This document shows positions 1-12,193 of a stretch of DNA of 64,000 nt, in pieces. This DNA comes from Octopus sinensis. Lineage: Eukaryota. The stretch is from contig NC_042997.1 of the NCBI RefSeq assembly GCF_006345805.1, forward strand, positions 158,348,001 to 158,412,000. Reading direction: 5' to 3'. Numbering within the stretch: the stretch's first letter is position 1; each line of letters opens with the position of its first letter. A model generated the notes under the pieces. It saw only the letters and a program-made list of their open reading frames with translations. It was not told where the DNA came from and made no database searches. Made by a program: the position numbers and the translations under genes.

Positions 1-1420
1 GTAACACTCTAGCACCTGATCTGTTTGGATTGAGAAATCTCGGAGGATTTTGCTAGTCTCTACCACTCTCTGCGGTTTGTGCTTATACCACGTCTTGCCT
101 CTCCCTCGCCCCCACGTTTCACACAGTTTCCAATGTAATATTTTCAGTACCGGGTCGTGTTTCCACAACATGTAGGGCATTCGTTCGTGATATATGGAAT
201 GGTTTCATCTACTGTATTGCAGATACAGCCAAAGCAGAGGCACTTGCTCATCCATCAGCTCGACCTCCCAATTCGTGGCCAAAGCTTGGTCCTGCGCTGC
301 CAGTATAGTACTCTTGGTCTTCTTTTTATGTTCCTTTCATCAGCCATTAACACCTTTTTTTCCAGCATCATCTATTGTGGCTACATGGGATTAAATTTCT
401 TTTGATATTATCTTTCTCTAAGAGTGTCACCTGAGTACAGATCCACTTACCATTTCTTCATGCTAAAGCTAAGTTAATTCTCTTATGTTGTCTGCTATAC
501 TGAATATTTTCAAACATTCACTTATCCATGAGTTTGATATCATGTCATTGGCTTACCTATAACCTATCCATGCTATTGTTAGATTTTTCTTTCTGGTTTT
601 TACTTTATTTAGAACTGCTTTGTCTATGTATAATAGATCATGCATTCCTTTAGCCTTCTTCCTGCAACCATTCTGTTCTTCTGGCAGCGAATTCTGGTGC
701 TTGTAATTCTTTCTGGAAGAATTCTTTTCAACAGCTTCTACACTAATAGTAAGCAAGTAATCGGACTATATTTTCTAGCTGTTTTAACCTTGATCTTGTC
801 TTTCATAATGAGTATTGTCCTCCCTCTAGTCATTCAGTCTGGTATTATTCCTCCATTAAGTCAATCCTGAAGTTGTTCTTTCAATCTACCATGTAAAGTA
901 CTAACTTTCTTTAGCCAGTATCCTGAACTAAATCCAGTCCTGGGCACTTCCAATTTCGTATTTTCCCTAACATTTTACTCATTAAAGCACTAGTTAATCT
1001 TAGATCTGGTTGTTCTTCACTCACTATTTCGTCTGTCACTTTAACCATACTGCCTATCTTTAACCATACTGCATATCCATTATGATTTACTGGTTTGTCC
1101 CAAATATTACTCCACAAATTTCTAGCTTCTGCATTAGGCTTCCTATTTTCAGTACTTCGTTCTCCACTATGTATTTGGTTATAAAATCTCCTGTGGTCTG
1201 TCTTAAATAATCTATTTTGTTGATACTGATTTATTCTTTACTGATATCTGGAGAGCTTGCCTGTTATTGCTATAATATGCTATTTCAACGCTTCTATTAC
1301 TGTCCCAAATCCTTTCTCTTTGCCTAAGTATGTATTCTCAGGGGAAGATTTGTATCTCGTGTTTCCTAACTTGTTCAGTTTCCAGGCTTAGACATTAGAG
1401 TGGTACTTCCTCAGACTTGC
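1..1420 (-). mobile_element. Decayed R4/Dong-like RLE non-LTR retrotransposon (pre-RT domain, RT, CCHC-region remnants); runs off window start
   Basis: Minus-strand translations give QYQQNRLFKTDHRRFY, WSNIWD...NWKCPGLDLVQ (911-1117), LLYIDKAVL...KNLTIAWIGY (553-756; cf. QLLIDK...NLSMAWIDYKKAYD) and HDPVLKILHWKLCETWG near 110-160. Many stops and frameshifts. Confidence 0.85.
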
Positions 1421-2274
1421 ATCAAAGGTGAACTATCACATTGTGCATCTTCCAGACAATGTGCACCTTCCAGACACATAATGGTAAGGAAATTTACACA
1501 TCATCCAAAGTTATAATTAACACAACATTAAACATTTATAAATCTTTGCTACCTCAGTATTATATTTGTGTACTATACCAATTCATTTGTTAGGTAAAAC
1601 ATTAAATTTGCTGTGAACAGTTTAGAATAGCAGTTTGTAACGTGGGGGAAAATGAAGAAAAAAAGGAAAAGATCCGGGTGAACAAACTTAGCAAAATCAC
1701 TGGTTTATAGATTTGCATGCACATGTGAGCGTGTGTACAAAAGAGAGAGAGAGAGACAGACAGAGACATAGACAGAGAGAGAGAGAGAGTGGGGGGGAGA
1801 GGAAGAGAAAGAGAAAGAGAGGGAGAGAGAAAGAGAGAAGATTGTATGTGTGAATACTGTGCAGACGAGAAAGGAAAAGAACATATTTGACAGTCAAAAA
1901 TATCTTAACACATCGAAAATCACCTAAAAAACATGAATCACAAGATTTATAGCAACTATTGTGATATAAATGTATTTACGCAAGTTATTCTTATAGTGCT
2001 GGCTCTTATTTCTATGGATAATATATAGAAATAATCTTCAAATAGAATTAACAGTTCCGTTAACACACAGTTGGACAACATCTTGACTTAATACATCTAT
2101 GACACTCTTAGTAGTGTACAGTGTTAGCAACACGAAATATTGTTGCCTTCCCAGCAATTAATATATGTACACGTTTCCGGGAATCTGTTTAATATGCAAA
2201 TTGGTCTTTCCGATTATGTTACACCATTAAATCTAGTGAATATTTAAACAATGTGTTCGTTGGTCATGCATAGT

Positions 2275-2339
2275 TAATGCCTTGGCAGTAGTGTTGATGA
2301 GAGGTTAATTATTCCCGAAATATGTATATACAGGCATTA
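2275..2339 (+). ncRNA. Candidate decayed type I hammerhead ribozyme motif
   Basis: TTGATGA core (2294-2300), imperfect stem II GAGG/TCCC, GAAA (2317-2320), short stem III ATAT/ATAT, and TAATGCCT/AGGCATTA outer pairing. Confidence 0.35.
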
Positions 2340-2948
2340 CCTACTTTTCCATCTTGGATCCCATTGTTTATATAGACATATAGATGTGTTTGTTAATAAA
2401 ACTTCGTAACTTAAGTGTTGATTCTGTATTCTACAGAAAATCTATAGGGAAAAATCTTAAAACTATGAGTGAAATTTGAATAAAAGCTGATTCGTTAAGA
2501 CATCTCTCACAGAGCTGATAATTCGTATTTCATAACTATCCGCTGCTATTTCGGTTACAGAGAGAAATACTTAACTACGAATGTGGCCTTGCAGAAAAAA
2601 AACATTTGATCAATGTAATTAACTAACATTTCCCTAAACTGTAGTACTGGGTAAAACTGCAATGGGATGAGAGAAAACCGTTTATTGTAGTACATGGAAT
2701 GTATCCATTTTCCAACCCAAAAGAGATAGCATTAATTGAGCCGTGAACATAACTGTATCATTCACTCAATTTATATTTTAATTTGCAGTGAATAATTATA
2801 ATTATTTCCATTTATAAGAAAAAATATGGAAGTGAGTAATGTTGGTGAAATACTCCTGACGATTGCACACCACGAACTGGAGTTTCGAGACATTTGACAA
2901 ATCTATATCTAATTTTGAGGAGTGACGACGGCGGTAGAAATAATCTTG

Positions 2949-2986
<38 letters not shown>

Positions 2987-3689
2987 TATGAGAAAATTAA
3001 AATGTAACAAAGGAAATGAACACTAGGTATAAAAGCAATGACGTTTCATGGAATCAAAGATATATACATACAAATAGATGATTTGAGGTGGAATTAAGAA
3101 GTATAAAATCATTATCATGAGTTGATATAGAAAGCCATACCGGTTTTATCATCGCTTTTCACTGACTTTGAATCAACCCCGATTTCGAATCGGTGTTCGG
3201 TCTAATAGTACCTGAGCGACAAGTGTGCATGCAAAGGAGATAAACAGCTCTGAAAGTGATGCATTTTGGTTAATATAATTAAAAGAGTATGAATGGTATA
3301 TGGGATGTATTAGGATTAGTTGAATCATTGGTATTAGGAAGGTTAGTAGTCTCCCGTACTAAGTTGTGTATACATGTTAAGCTGTGATTAATATTTATTA
3401 ATGGAAGTTACCTCTTTATTTAGACTTTGCTGCACTGGGGTGTCCTGATAACATTGATAAAAAGGGAACATGTTATATATTGACTCACAACAATGATTTT
3501 TATACTTCTTAATTCCAACACAAATCATTTATTTGTAAGTATATATCTTTGATTTCATTAAAAAAGAAGCCTTTACTTTTATACCTAATGTATATTTTCT
3601 CTGTTCTTTTTTTTACGTTTCCCCTATTTATACCATTGTAGTCTTTTTCCTTTGAAACCTGTTTCTGTTATATACATACATACATACAC

Positions 3690-3736
3690 ACATACACTCA
3701 TACATATATATATGTGTGTGTGTGCGTGTGTGCATG

Positions 3737-3774
<38 letters not shown>

Positions 3775-4013
3775 CAGCATAATGATTATCAGTAAAATAT
3801 TGAACTTAATCATTCTTTATAACTCGGGGTACAATCCAACTTTTATGTATAGACGCCAAATTCATATATCACCGAAAGGAAAATTGGAAAACACAAAATG
3901 TTCTATTTCATTTAATTAATAATTCAGTATTAATTATAAGGAAATATATTTGTGTGTATGGGTTATGAATTATGTTTCAACATAAACGTGTGTATGTATA
4001 ATCCTGCCTACAA

Positions 4014-4082
<69 letters not shown>

Positions 4083-4085
4083 TTA

Positions 4086-4118
<33 letters not shown>

Positions 4119-4127
4119 TTGTGTGTG

Positions 4128-4210
<83 letters not shown>

Positions 4211-4330
4211 ATATATATATATATATATATTATATATACGTATATATAAATACATATAAATATATATGCATATATATATATATGTGTGTATGTATATATA
4301 TATATACTCATGCACACACACACATATGCA
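3690..4330. repeat. Compound (TA)n/(TG)n/(CA)n microsatellite field
   Basis: Directly visible. The IYIYIY ORFs here are artefacts. Confidence 0.95.
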
Positions 4331-4974
4331 CCCACACATATTCCTATCAACGATTTATGCGATGTTATATTTGCTCAAATGTTTCTCGTCTTTCTCTCCG
4401 TCGCCCCTTTATCCACTTCTCATTCTTCTTGTTTACTTGAAATCATCTTTATAATAAAATTATGTCTCATTTACTTTTAATATCTATTAATCTCAATAAA
4501 TATACATCCACTCATATTTGTAATTGCACGAAATCAATATCTCGGATAATTTTTGGATGTTTTTCTCTAGAATTTGAGATGTTCCCGTCCTCTATTTGCT
4601 GTGCTTATTGGCTGGCGTTGTTTTAATGCCAGTAATTCGTCTGTATGAGTGGTATTAAAACGAAAGTTCATACGGATAACAAAGCTTCAAGTAGTTGATT
4701 GTTATTTAACGTCATTCAAGTAAACCTGTTGCGGCCAATCGTATATCGAAGTAATTTGACATTAGCTAAGATTTTGTGATTTTCACCTTAAGATACACAA
4801 AAGATTCTCAATAATATATTAATACTCATTGTTATATTGATGCTAAACTACCAAAATTAGATTATCTTAAGCATCTTGAAACTTGCCATTTATCGGAATA
4901 AACCCAGAGTGTTTTTCGTTGACATGAAACGGAGAAAGTACTACTGAATTTATATCTTATTTTCCTGAATTCCA

Positions 4975-4980
4975 ATGTAG

Positions 4981-5011
<31 letters not shown>

Positions 5012-5063
5012 CATATGCATATATATGTATATATGTATGTATGCATGTATATATATATATATA

Positions 5064-5110
<47 letters not shown>

Positions 5111-5292
5111 ATATATATATATATACGTCTATATATATATATATATGTATATATTTATACATATACGTATATATTGTTGTATTTGGGGATGGTCATGCTG
5201 CCAGTGTAGCCAATAATATACAGACACTCAGACAAACAGACACAAACACACACACACTCACACACACACACACATATATATATATATAATAT

Positions 5293-5355
<63 letters not shown>
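4975..5355. repeat. Compound (TA)n/(CA)n/(GA)n microsatellite field
   Basis: Directly visible. Confidence 0.95.
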
Positions 5356-5360
<5 letters not shown>

Positions 5361-5687
5361 ATCTATTTTTACATATACTTCAATGCCTTCATTACTTTCA
5401 GACTGAAGGAAAGGCTTAAGGTATCATATAAGCGTCATCGTCATACTTATATTTCTGATTGCTTCTTCAATAATCAAAATCTATTCGTCGCACCACTACG
5501 AGATACAGACAATCAGTCCTGTTTTCTAAGTGGTGTAAATTGAACAAGGACATGCGATTGTATGTGTGTGTGTGTGTGTGTGTTTACGTATGTGTTTGTG
5601 TGTGCCTATGTATTTCGCCTCATAACCACGTATTAATATAGGCAAGTATTATTTTCTATAGAACCCTGTTATCCTGTGACTAAAGCT

Positions 5688-5810
<123 letters not shown>

Positions 5811-5906
5811 CTGGCTAGATAGATGCACACACAGAATATGTTTGTATGTATACACATATATACAACTAAGTATACATATATTATTTTCCGAGTGTGTGTG
5901 TGTATA

Positions 5907-5945
<39 letters not shown>

Positions 5946-6004
5946 CTGTAACGTATATTCTTTCATTCTGCTACTTTTTCCAGTCATTTGTGTCCGGTCA
6001 ATGC

Positions 6005-6297
6005 ATCTGACTTCAAAAAGGCATTTGACAGTGTGCATTGAGAATCCCTCTGGAAGATTGCAAAAGTGTACGGAATGTCAGGCTATTGCATCTGTCTGCT
6101 TAGCAGTTTCTACAACAAAAACAAGCTGCTGCATTAAACCAGATTTTGGACACAGGTTTTCGTAAGATCGTCACTGGGTTAAACCAAGGCTCTCTCCTGT
6201 CACCAATGTTGTTTCTGATGGTCATTGATTTTGCTATGCGAATATTAATGACGAGACCAGCTGTAGGCATACCTTAGACAGTGAGGAACCAGCTAAC
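6005..6297 (+). mobile_element. RTE-clade LINE reverse transcriptase fragment
   Basis: From 6009: DFKKAFDSVH*ESLWKIAKVYG, then TGLNQGSLLSPMLFLMVIDFAMR, matching RTE RT domains 3 and 4. Confidence 0.75.
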
Positions 6298-7071
6298 AAA
6301 CTTGAGATTACATAGAAAGTACTTTGCGTAGGATATGAGCAGTTTCCCATGAGTACTATCTTTTGAATTTCTGCCATTTTTGTGTTTCCTGGTATCTGAG
6401 TTAGGTAGCAATCATCCCATTTTGCTATCATTCCCCGGGCACCTATGACAACAGGTATTGGTTAATACTTCATTTTGCTGATTGCTATTTCAATATCTTT
6501 ATATTTGCTCAGTTTTTGGTAGGCCTTGACAGATACGTTTATATCGATTGGGACAGTCATATCAATGAGGAGGCATGATTTTTGTCTGAAGACTTTCAAT
6601 ATGATATCTGGCCTATTCGCATCTATCTTTCTGTCAGTTTGAATGGTGAAGTTCCAGAGGAGTGAGATGTGATCATTTTCAAGCACTGGAGGTGGTTTGT
6701 GTTCCCAACAGTTTTTATTATGGGGCAAGTCCAGGCTTTTGCAAATTACCCAGTGAATATATTATGCAGCTCTATCATGCCTGCTGAGATGCTCCGTAGG
6801 CGCAGAAAGACTGACCTTGGAGACAACATGATCAATGGTTTCATTTTGTTGTTGACATACACGACATGTTGGGTTACTGCCGTTTTTAATATGCTGGCCT
6901 GGTAGTTCCTTGTAGGTAGGCATTGATCTTGAGCTGCCATAATGAACCCTTCTGTTTCAGATTTTAAGCCAGAGGCCATTAGCCATTGATGGATCAGGGA
7001 TTTGTCAACATCTGCATAATTCACTCTCTTTTGGTATTTGCCATTGAGAGGTTTTTCTTGCCATTTATCAA
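6298..7071 (-). mobile_element. 5'-truncated R4/Dong-like LINE 3' part (CCHC region and RLE endonuclease)
   Basis: DKWQEKPLNGKY...HQWLMASGLKSETEGFIMAAQDQCLPTRNY; LLWNFTIQTDRKIDANRPDIILK...LLIDMTVP (RLE PD..D motif); ends GTAHILRKVLSM* at about 6308. Confidence 0.9.
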
Positions 7072-7162
7072 TCAAGATCAATGCCTACCTACAAGGAACT
7101 ACCAGGCCAGCATATTAAAAACGGCAGTAGCCCAACATGTCTCAGGCAGCAGTTTTAGCACC
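7072..7162 (+). mobile_element. Inverted, internally deleted R4/Dong fragment
   Basis: 7072-7141 is the reverse complement of 6863-6932 (70 bp, 1 mismatch), then jumps to TCAGGCAGCAGTTTTAGCACCT (VSGCSxLAP-like). Confidence 0.8.
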
Positions 7163-7208
<46 letters not shown>

Positions 7209-7652
7209 GAGTGAGAGAGCAGTGCATGCCATCAAAGTGACACTGGGGTAAAATATACGAAGCCCAATATACCCATCATGACTAACCGTCTGATAAGGGT
7301 ACACCAGGCAAATGCATCACAACCATATGTGCGCGACATGGTGATCTCATATCAAGATCAACAGCACATGACCTTGCAGGTGGGGCCCAGTTAGAATTTT
7401 CTTCAGGTTGAGTAGCCCATCCCGCTCAAAAAGTCCCTGAATAAGGGTTGTTTAAGGATGTTGAAAGAACCACCCATGTTTCCAGAGGTGAATTATTCAA
7501 ACCCCAACTAAGGGACATGCTCAACTGGTTTAGGTCAAACAACTGACAAGCAAATCTGTGGTATTGAGCAGAATATTTGCTGTAGCCCATCTTTTATACC
7601 AAGACAAAACAATGTACATGATAACACTTCCAATCAGTTAAGATCAGAAGCC
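7209..7652 (-). mobile_element. Non-coding ~445-bp interspersed element embedded in (TAA)n on both sides
   Basis: (TAT)n at 7163-7208 and 7653-7730 flank it. A second copy at 56184-56368 has the same terminus abutting (TAT)n. No ORF and no tRNA head recognised. Confidence 0.75.
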
Positions 7653-7677
7653 ATTATTATTATTATTATTATTATTA

Positions 7678-7729
<52 letters not shown>

Positions 7730-7741
7730 TCCCCTTCCCCA

Positions 7742-7950
7742 CCAGTTAGCGAGATGGCAGAATTATTAGGGTACCGGGTGGATAATGCGTAGCGACATTT
7801 CGTCTGTCTTTACGTTCTGAGTTCAAATTCCGGTGAGATTAACATTGCCTTTCATCCTTTCGTAGTTGATAAAATAAGTACCGGTTGAACACTAGGATCG
7901 ATATAATTTACTTATCCCATCACCGAAATTGCTGTCCTTGTTTCTAAATT
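7742..7950 (+). mobile_element. tRNA-derived SINE (family with GCCTTTCATCCTTTCGGGGTCGATAAA central domain)
   Basis: A-box-like GATGGCAGAATT, B-box-like GAGTTCAAATTCC, and a central domain shared with copies at 16044, 36199, 40675 and 42943. Confidence 0.8.
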
Positions 7951-7957
7951 TCGTGAA

Positions 7958-8738
7958 GGCCATGGACAAAAATGGCACTACTTTCCAACTCTTGGACACC
8001 CTGTTCCCCACTCTGAGTTCTGCTAAGCTCAACGAGGGTAACTTCGTCGGACCTCAGATTCGAGGGTTGCTGAAGGATAAGTACTTTGAGGAGATTCTTA
8101 CCTTAAAGGAACTGAGAGCATGGGTATCATTTAAGTCAGTCAGCCACGGCTTCCTTGGTAAAACACGGGCACTAGATTACGAAGAGTGCATCGAATTCTT
8201 AGTCTTAAGAGGATATGGGATTCCGAATGTCACTCAAACTTCTCTTTCTTCGCTCCCACCTCAACTTTCCTCCGAAGCTCGAAGCAGTGTGTGATTGAAC
8301 ATGGAGAAGGTTCCTCCAAGATATTATTAAGATGGAGAGAAATTACCAAGGCAAATAGAATCCCATCATGATGGGTTACATTTACTGGATGCTCTTGCGT
8401 AACAGGCGGGAGGCAAAGTACACAAGATCGTCCAAAATCCTCACTTCTAACTGTGTGCTGTACTATGATTTGTGTGCATTGTATTATCCGAATAATTAGT
8501 TCCATCAATGTTCTGTAGCTATGCTGTTTTTTTTTTCTGTAATATGCCTTTGTAAAAAATGAAATAAACACATATTTTGAATTTATATGCAATATAATTA
8601 AAATGGAATGTGTGAAAACAAAAGAACTAGAGGTGATAGAGCAAAACTGTTCAGAAAATTGAATTCGCCACATCAAAATTTGTAAAAAACACACATTCGC
8701 ATCCTTTCCTGAAAGCAAAAACATATTGCAAACCAGTG
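7958..8738 (+). mobile_element. Chapaev3-like (CMC superfamily) DNA transposon, 3' remnant
   Basis: FVKAMDK...FPTLSSAKLNEGNFVGPQIR...AWVSFK...GFLG; MGFRMSLKLLFLRSHLNF...EHGE..QDIIKMERNYQGK; terminus ...GCAAACCAGTG at 8738 fits a CACTG-type TIR. Family assignment is from memory of the motif. Confidence 0.65.
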
Positions 8739-8863
8739 TTATTGTTATTTGAATCTCATGAAAATTCTTTTATTTTACTCTTCAAACATCACTTGAATCG
8801 TTAAATTTGTAAAGTGGGGATATTAAAACATATTTGAACCCAATGTTTTAAAATGATTGCTCA

Positions 8864-9023
8864 GGTGCAGGAGTGGCTGTGTGGTAAGTAGCTTGCTTAC
8901 CAACCACATGGTTCCGGGTTCAGACTCACTGCGTGGCACCTTGGGCAAGTGTCTTCTACTATAGTCTCGGGTTACCCAAGCCTTGTGAGTGGATTTGGTA
9001 GATGGAAACTGAAAGAAGCCCGT

Positions 9024-9070
<47 letters not shown>

Positions 9071-9264
9071 GTGTGTATTTGTTTGTCTGTCTTTGTCCCC
9101 CAGCACCGCTTGACAACCGATGGTGGTGTGTTTGCAATAGAAGTGAAAGATAGAATAAGTACGAGGCTTACAAACAATAAGTCCTGGGTCGATTTCTCGA
9201 CTAGAGGCGGTGCTCCAGCATGGTGGCAGTCAAATGACTGAAACAAGTAAAAGAGTAAAGAGAG
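8864..9264 (+). mobile_element. Composite tRNA/CORE-like SINE with internal (TA)n
   Basis: Head GGAGTGGCTGTGTGGTAAG...GGTTCAG, CORE-like CACCTTGGGCAAGTGTCTT, tail GGCGGTGCTCCAGCATGG...TGACTGAAACAAGTAAAAGAG. Homologues at 14687, 23101, 32680, 36485 and 20585. Confidence 0.85.
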
Positions 9265-10019
9265 TAATGAGATAAGACTTACATTTTGGTCCAGAAATTG
9301 TTGACACTACTTGCAGTGTCACTGGAAAAGGGATGATAAACTGATTTTGAGTTCCTCTTTTCAGACTTGCTTTAAATCAGAGGATCTCAAATGATGCCCA
9401 TAAGACACTTGGGGATCTCTATAAGATTATGTTTTTAAATTTTATGTACAATATAAAGCTTATACTTCTACAAAACACAAAACGTTTTAATTTTAAATTA
9501 CAATTCCAAATAATATTTCACAATAAAGATTCAGTAGGACCCTTTTATATACATCGAATGGCTATGGCGGTCCTGTAGGGTAAAATAGAAATCAAAGGGT
9601 TCCATAGACAAAGCATTGTTGAAACTCACTGCTCTGAATTTTTCTTTAGTAATTCGTTTTGCACGCTGTATTCTATTTTCTATAAGTAGGGGAGGATAAA
9701 TTTTTTTGGTAAAAATTCCTTTATGTATAGTATACATAAAGGAATTGTATACTGTAGTCTAGAAATGCACGTCAGAAACAAAACACAAGTACACGTATAT
9801 GTGTTAATATTGTATGCATATTAAATTGTTATGCATTGCATTATAATACACCCAATTCAGCTGACATTACAAATCGGTGTGTACATCAGTTTGTCAAAAG
9901 TAATTTTGGCTTTCATCAGATTGCGTGTTAGGAAAAGATGCCAGCACCGTACTTTTCCTTCCAACAGATCTAATGACTTCCGAGATTGGTTTTCCAAACT
10001 CTCGTGAACTAATACTTTA

Positions 10020-10021
10020 AG

Positions 10022-10094
<73 letters not shown>

Positions 10095-10207
10095 GTGTGC
10101 GTGTGTGCATGTGCGTGTATGTGTGTGTGTGTGCATGTGCGTGTATGTGTGTTTGTGTGTGTGCATGCAGGCATATACGTATGCAATTAACACACGCGCT
10201 TATACGC

Positions 10208-10240
<33 letters not shown>
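10020..10240. repeat. Compound (TA)n/(TG)n microsatellite
   Basis: Directly visible. Confidence 0.95.
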
Positions 10241-10884
10241 GTTAACTGTATTCCTATTTACACATATATGTACGTGCATGTATGTTTGTATCAAACTGTA
10301 AAGAACGAATTTAAACAGGCACATACATTCATATGTATACATACACACTCGCACATACGCACTCACACTCATATCTATATAAGTGCTGTTTGGGAAATTT
10401 CTCCTTCTGTGGGCATTTCCGTTTTCTTTTCTGAGGAAGTGCCATGCTTGAAGTGTTAAAAATCTACTCTGCTTTCGCCCTTTTCTGAGCTTTAAACTAA
10501 TACATTCCATATGGCCGTCTTCTTGTTGTTCTGTTATTGTTATTTTTAATGTCTGATTGTTTGTTCAAGCTTTAGTATTCGATTTGACTACACTCTCTCT
10601 CACACACACTCACACACATACACACGCACACACATACATATATAGCATGCTGAGAAATATCACGAACTTAGAAAGAGTTATATCATTTTACTTATGCGGC
10701 GGTTGTTGCTTAAATGTCGGGGACATCGTAAATAACTAGGAAGCGTCTTAAAAATATTTGTTCACGACATACAGGCAAACCACTGTAATTTGCATTGATG
10801 CAACATAACACTTCTTAATTTCAGAGGAGCATCTTTTGTCTCCGTTTATGCGCATTTATATGTGTACGGTACCGTGTGTGCTCG

Positions 10885-10920
<36 letters not shown>

Positions 10921-11137
10921 GATTTGTATATACATTTGAATATATATATATATTCAAATGTATATACATATACACATATTACATATACATCCATATATAT
11001 ATATATATATATAATATATATAAAACATTATTGGTGAATTGAAGAAATGGAGATATATATATATATTATATATATATATATATATATAATATATATATAT
11101 ATGTATGTATATATATATATATATTATATTATATATA

Positions 11138-11192
<55 letters not shown>

Positions 11193-11222
11193 GTGTGTGT
11201 GTGGTGTGTGTGTGTGTGTGTT
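10885..11222. repeat. Compound (TA)n/(TG)n microsatellite field
   Basis: Directly visible. Confidence 0.9.
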
Positions 11223-12054
11223 ATATTTACATATTATATCTTACATACATACGTAGATACACTGATATACAATATTAAACAAATGCTATGCCACATAATA
11301 TTTTAGTATTTAACATTAGTTTTGAAAAACATCAGATGTTATCTGGAAAAAATATCACCTGGGATTCTGTCATTTCACATTCAATCGAGTTTTTGTCTTT
11401 TTTTAAATAATCCCATTAGCAATTTTGATCTACTGAAATTTTTCGTAAATTTAAAATATGTGTTTTACCAGCCTCCTGTATAAGTTATATGTAATCTATT
11501 CCTCTTCCATACGTTTAATTCAGTGTTGTCATTATATTCCCGATTTGATCTTAATTGAAAGTCTTTTGCAGATAATTTTCAACTTATAGTACACACGACA
11601 CACAAGAAAGTATTTAACACAATTTGTATTTCCATTTCCATTTTCTAGTATCTAGTTATACGATTAAGCAATCAAATTTCATCCTATCCTAATTTAGGCT
11701 AACCTATTTGCATTTTATAATTTACGTTCTCATTTTCCTCGCGTTACCTTATTTTCTGGATATTTGCTATTTGCCATTTAATCATGGGGCATTACTACAC
11801 AAATTTTTTAACTGCATGAAATAACTTTTTAATTACTTTATTTGCATTTAGAAACTATTTTAACGACATTCTCCGAGGATATAAATACCTCCTATATCAT
11901 TTAGAGTGATTATTGATCGAATAACCAAAATGTAATATCAGTATGATAAACGATCAGAATTGCTAATGACTATAATAATTAACGGAATATATTACGTTTA
12001 CTGTTATTCTGTAACTGTAAATGCATTTACTCCGTAAAATTAGTAAATTGACTC

Positions 12055-12193
12055 GCACCAATGAAAAAGGATCTACATAGTTATTCGATTTGCCAGTGAA
12101 ATCGCCAAGAAAATCACTCTCTTAAGCTGTCATGATTGGTGCATAAATGAAACTAAATAGCGTTTGAACTGAGAGATCCATAGAAGTGATTGG
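12055..12193. promoter_or_regulatory. Cluster of three CCAAT boxes (possible NF-Y element)
   Basis: GCACCAATGA at 12055, ATGATTGGTGC at 12132, GTGATTGGTT at 12186. No linked transcript identified. Confidence 0.25.

Noticed and set aside
3155-3460. Weak PLE-like peptide traces (SGHPSAAK, IPFI) on the minus strand and a CCGATT/AATCGG hairpin
   Set aside because: Motifs are too short and interrupted to support a call.
3628-5209. Many 60-160-aa ORFs rich in IY/YI/CV/HT (also at 10 kb, 18 kb, 26 kb, 35 kb, 42 kb, 53 kb and 62 kb)
   Set aside because: They are translations of dinucleotide microsatellites, which lack stop codons in some frames.
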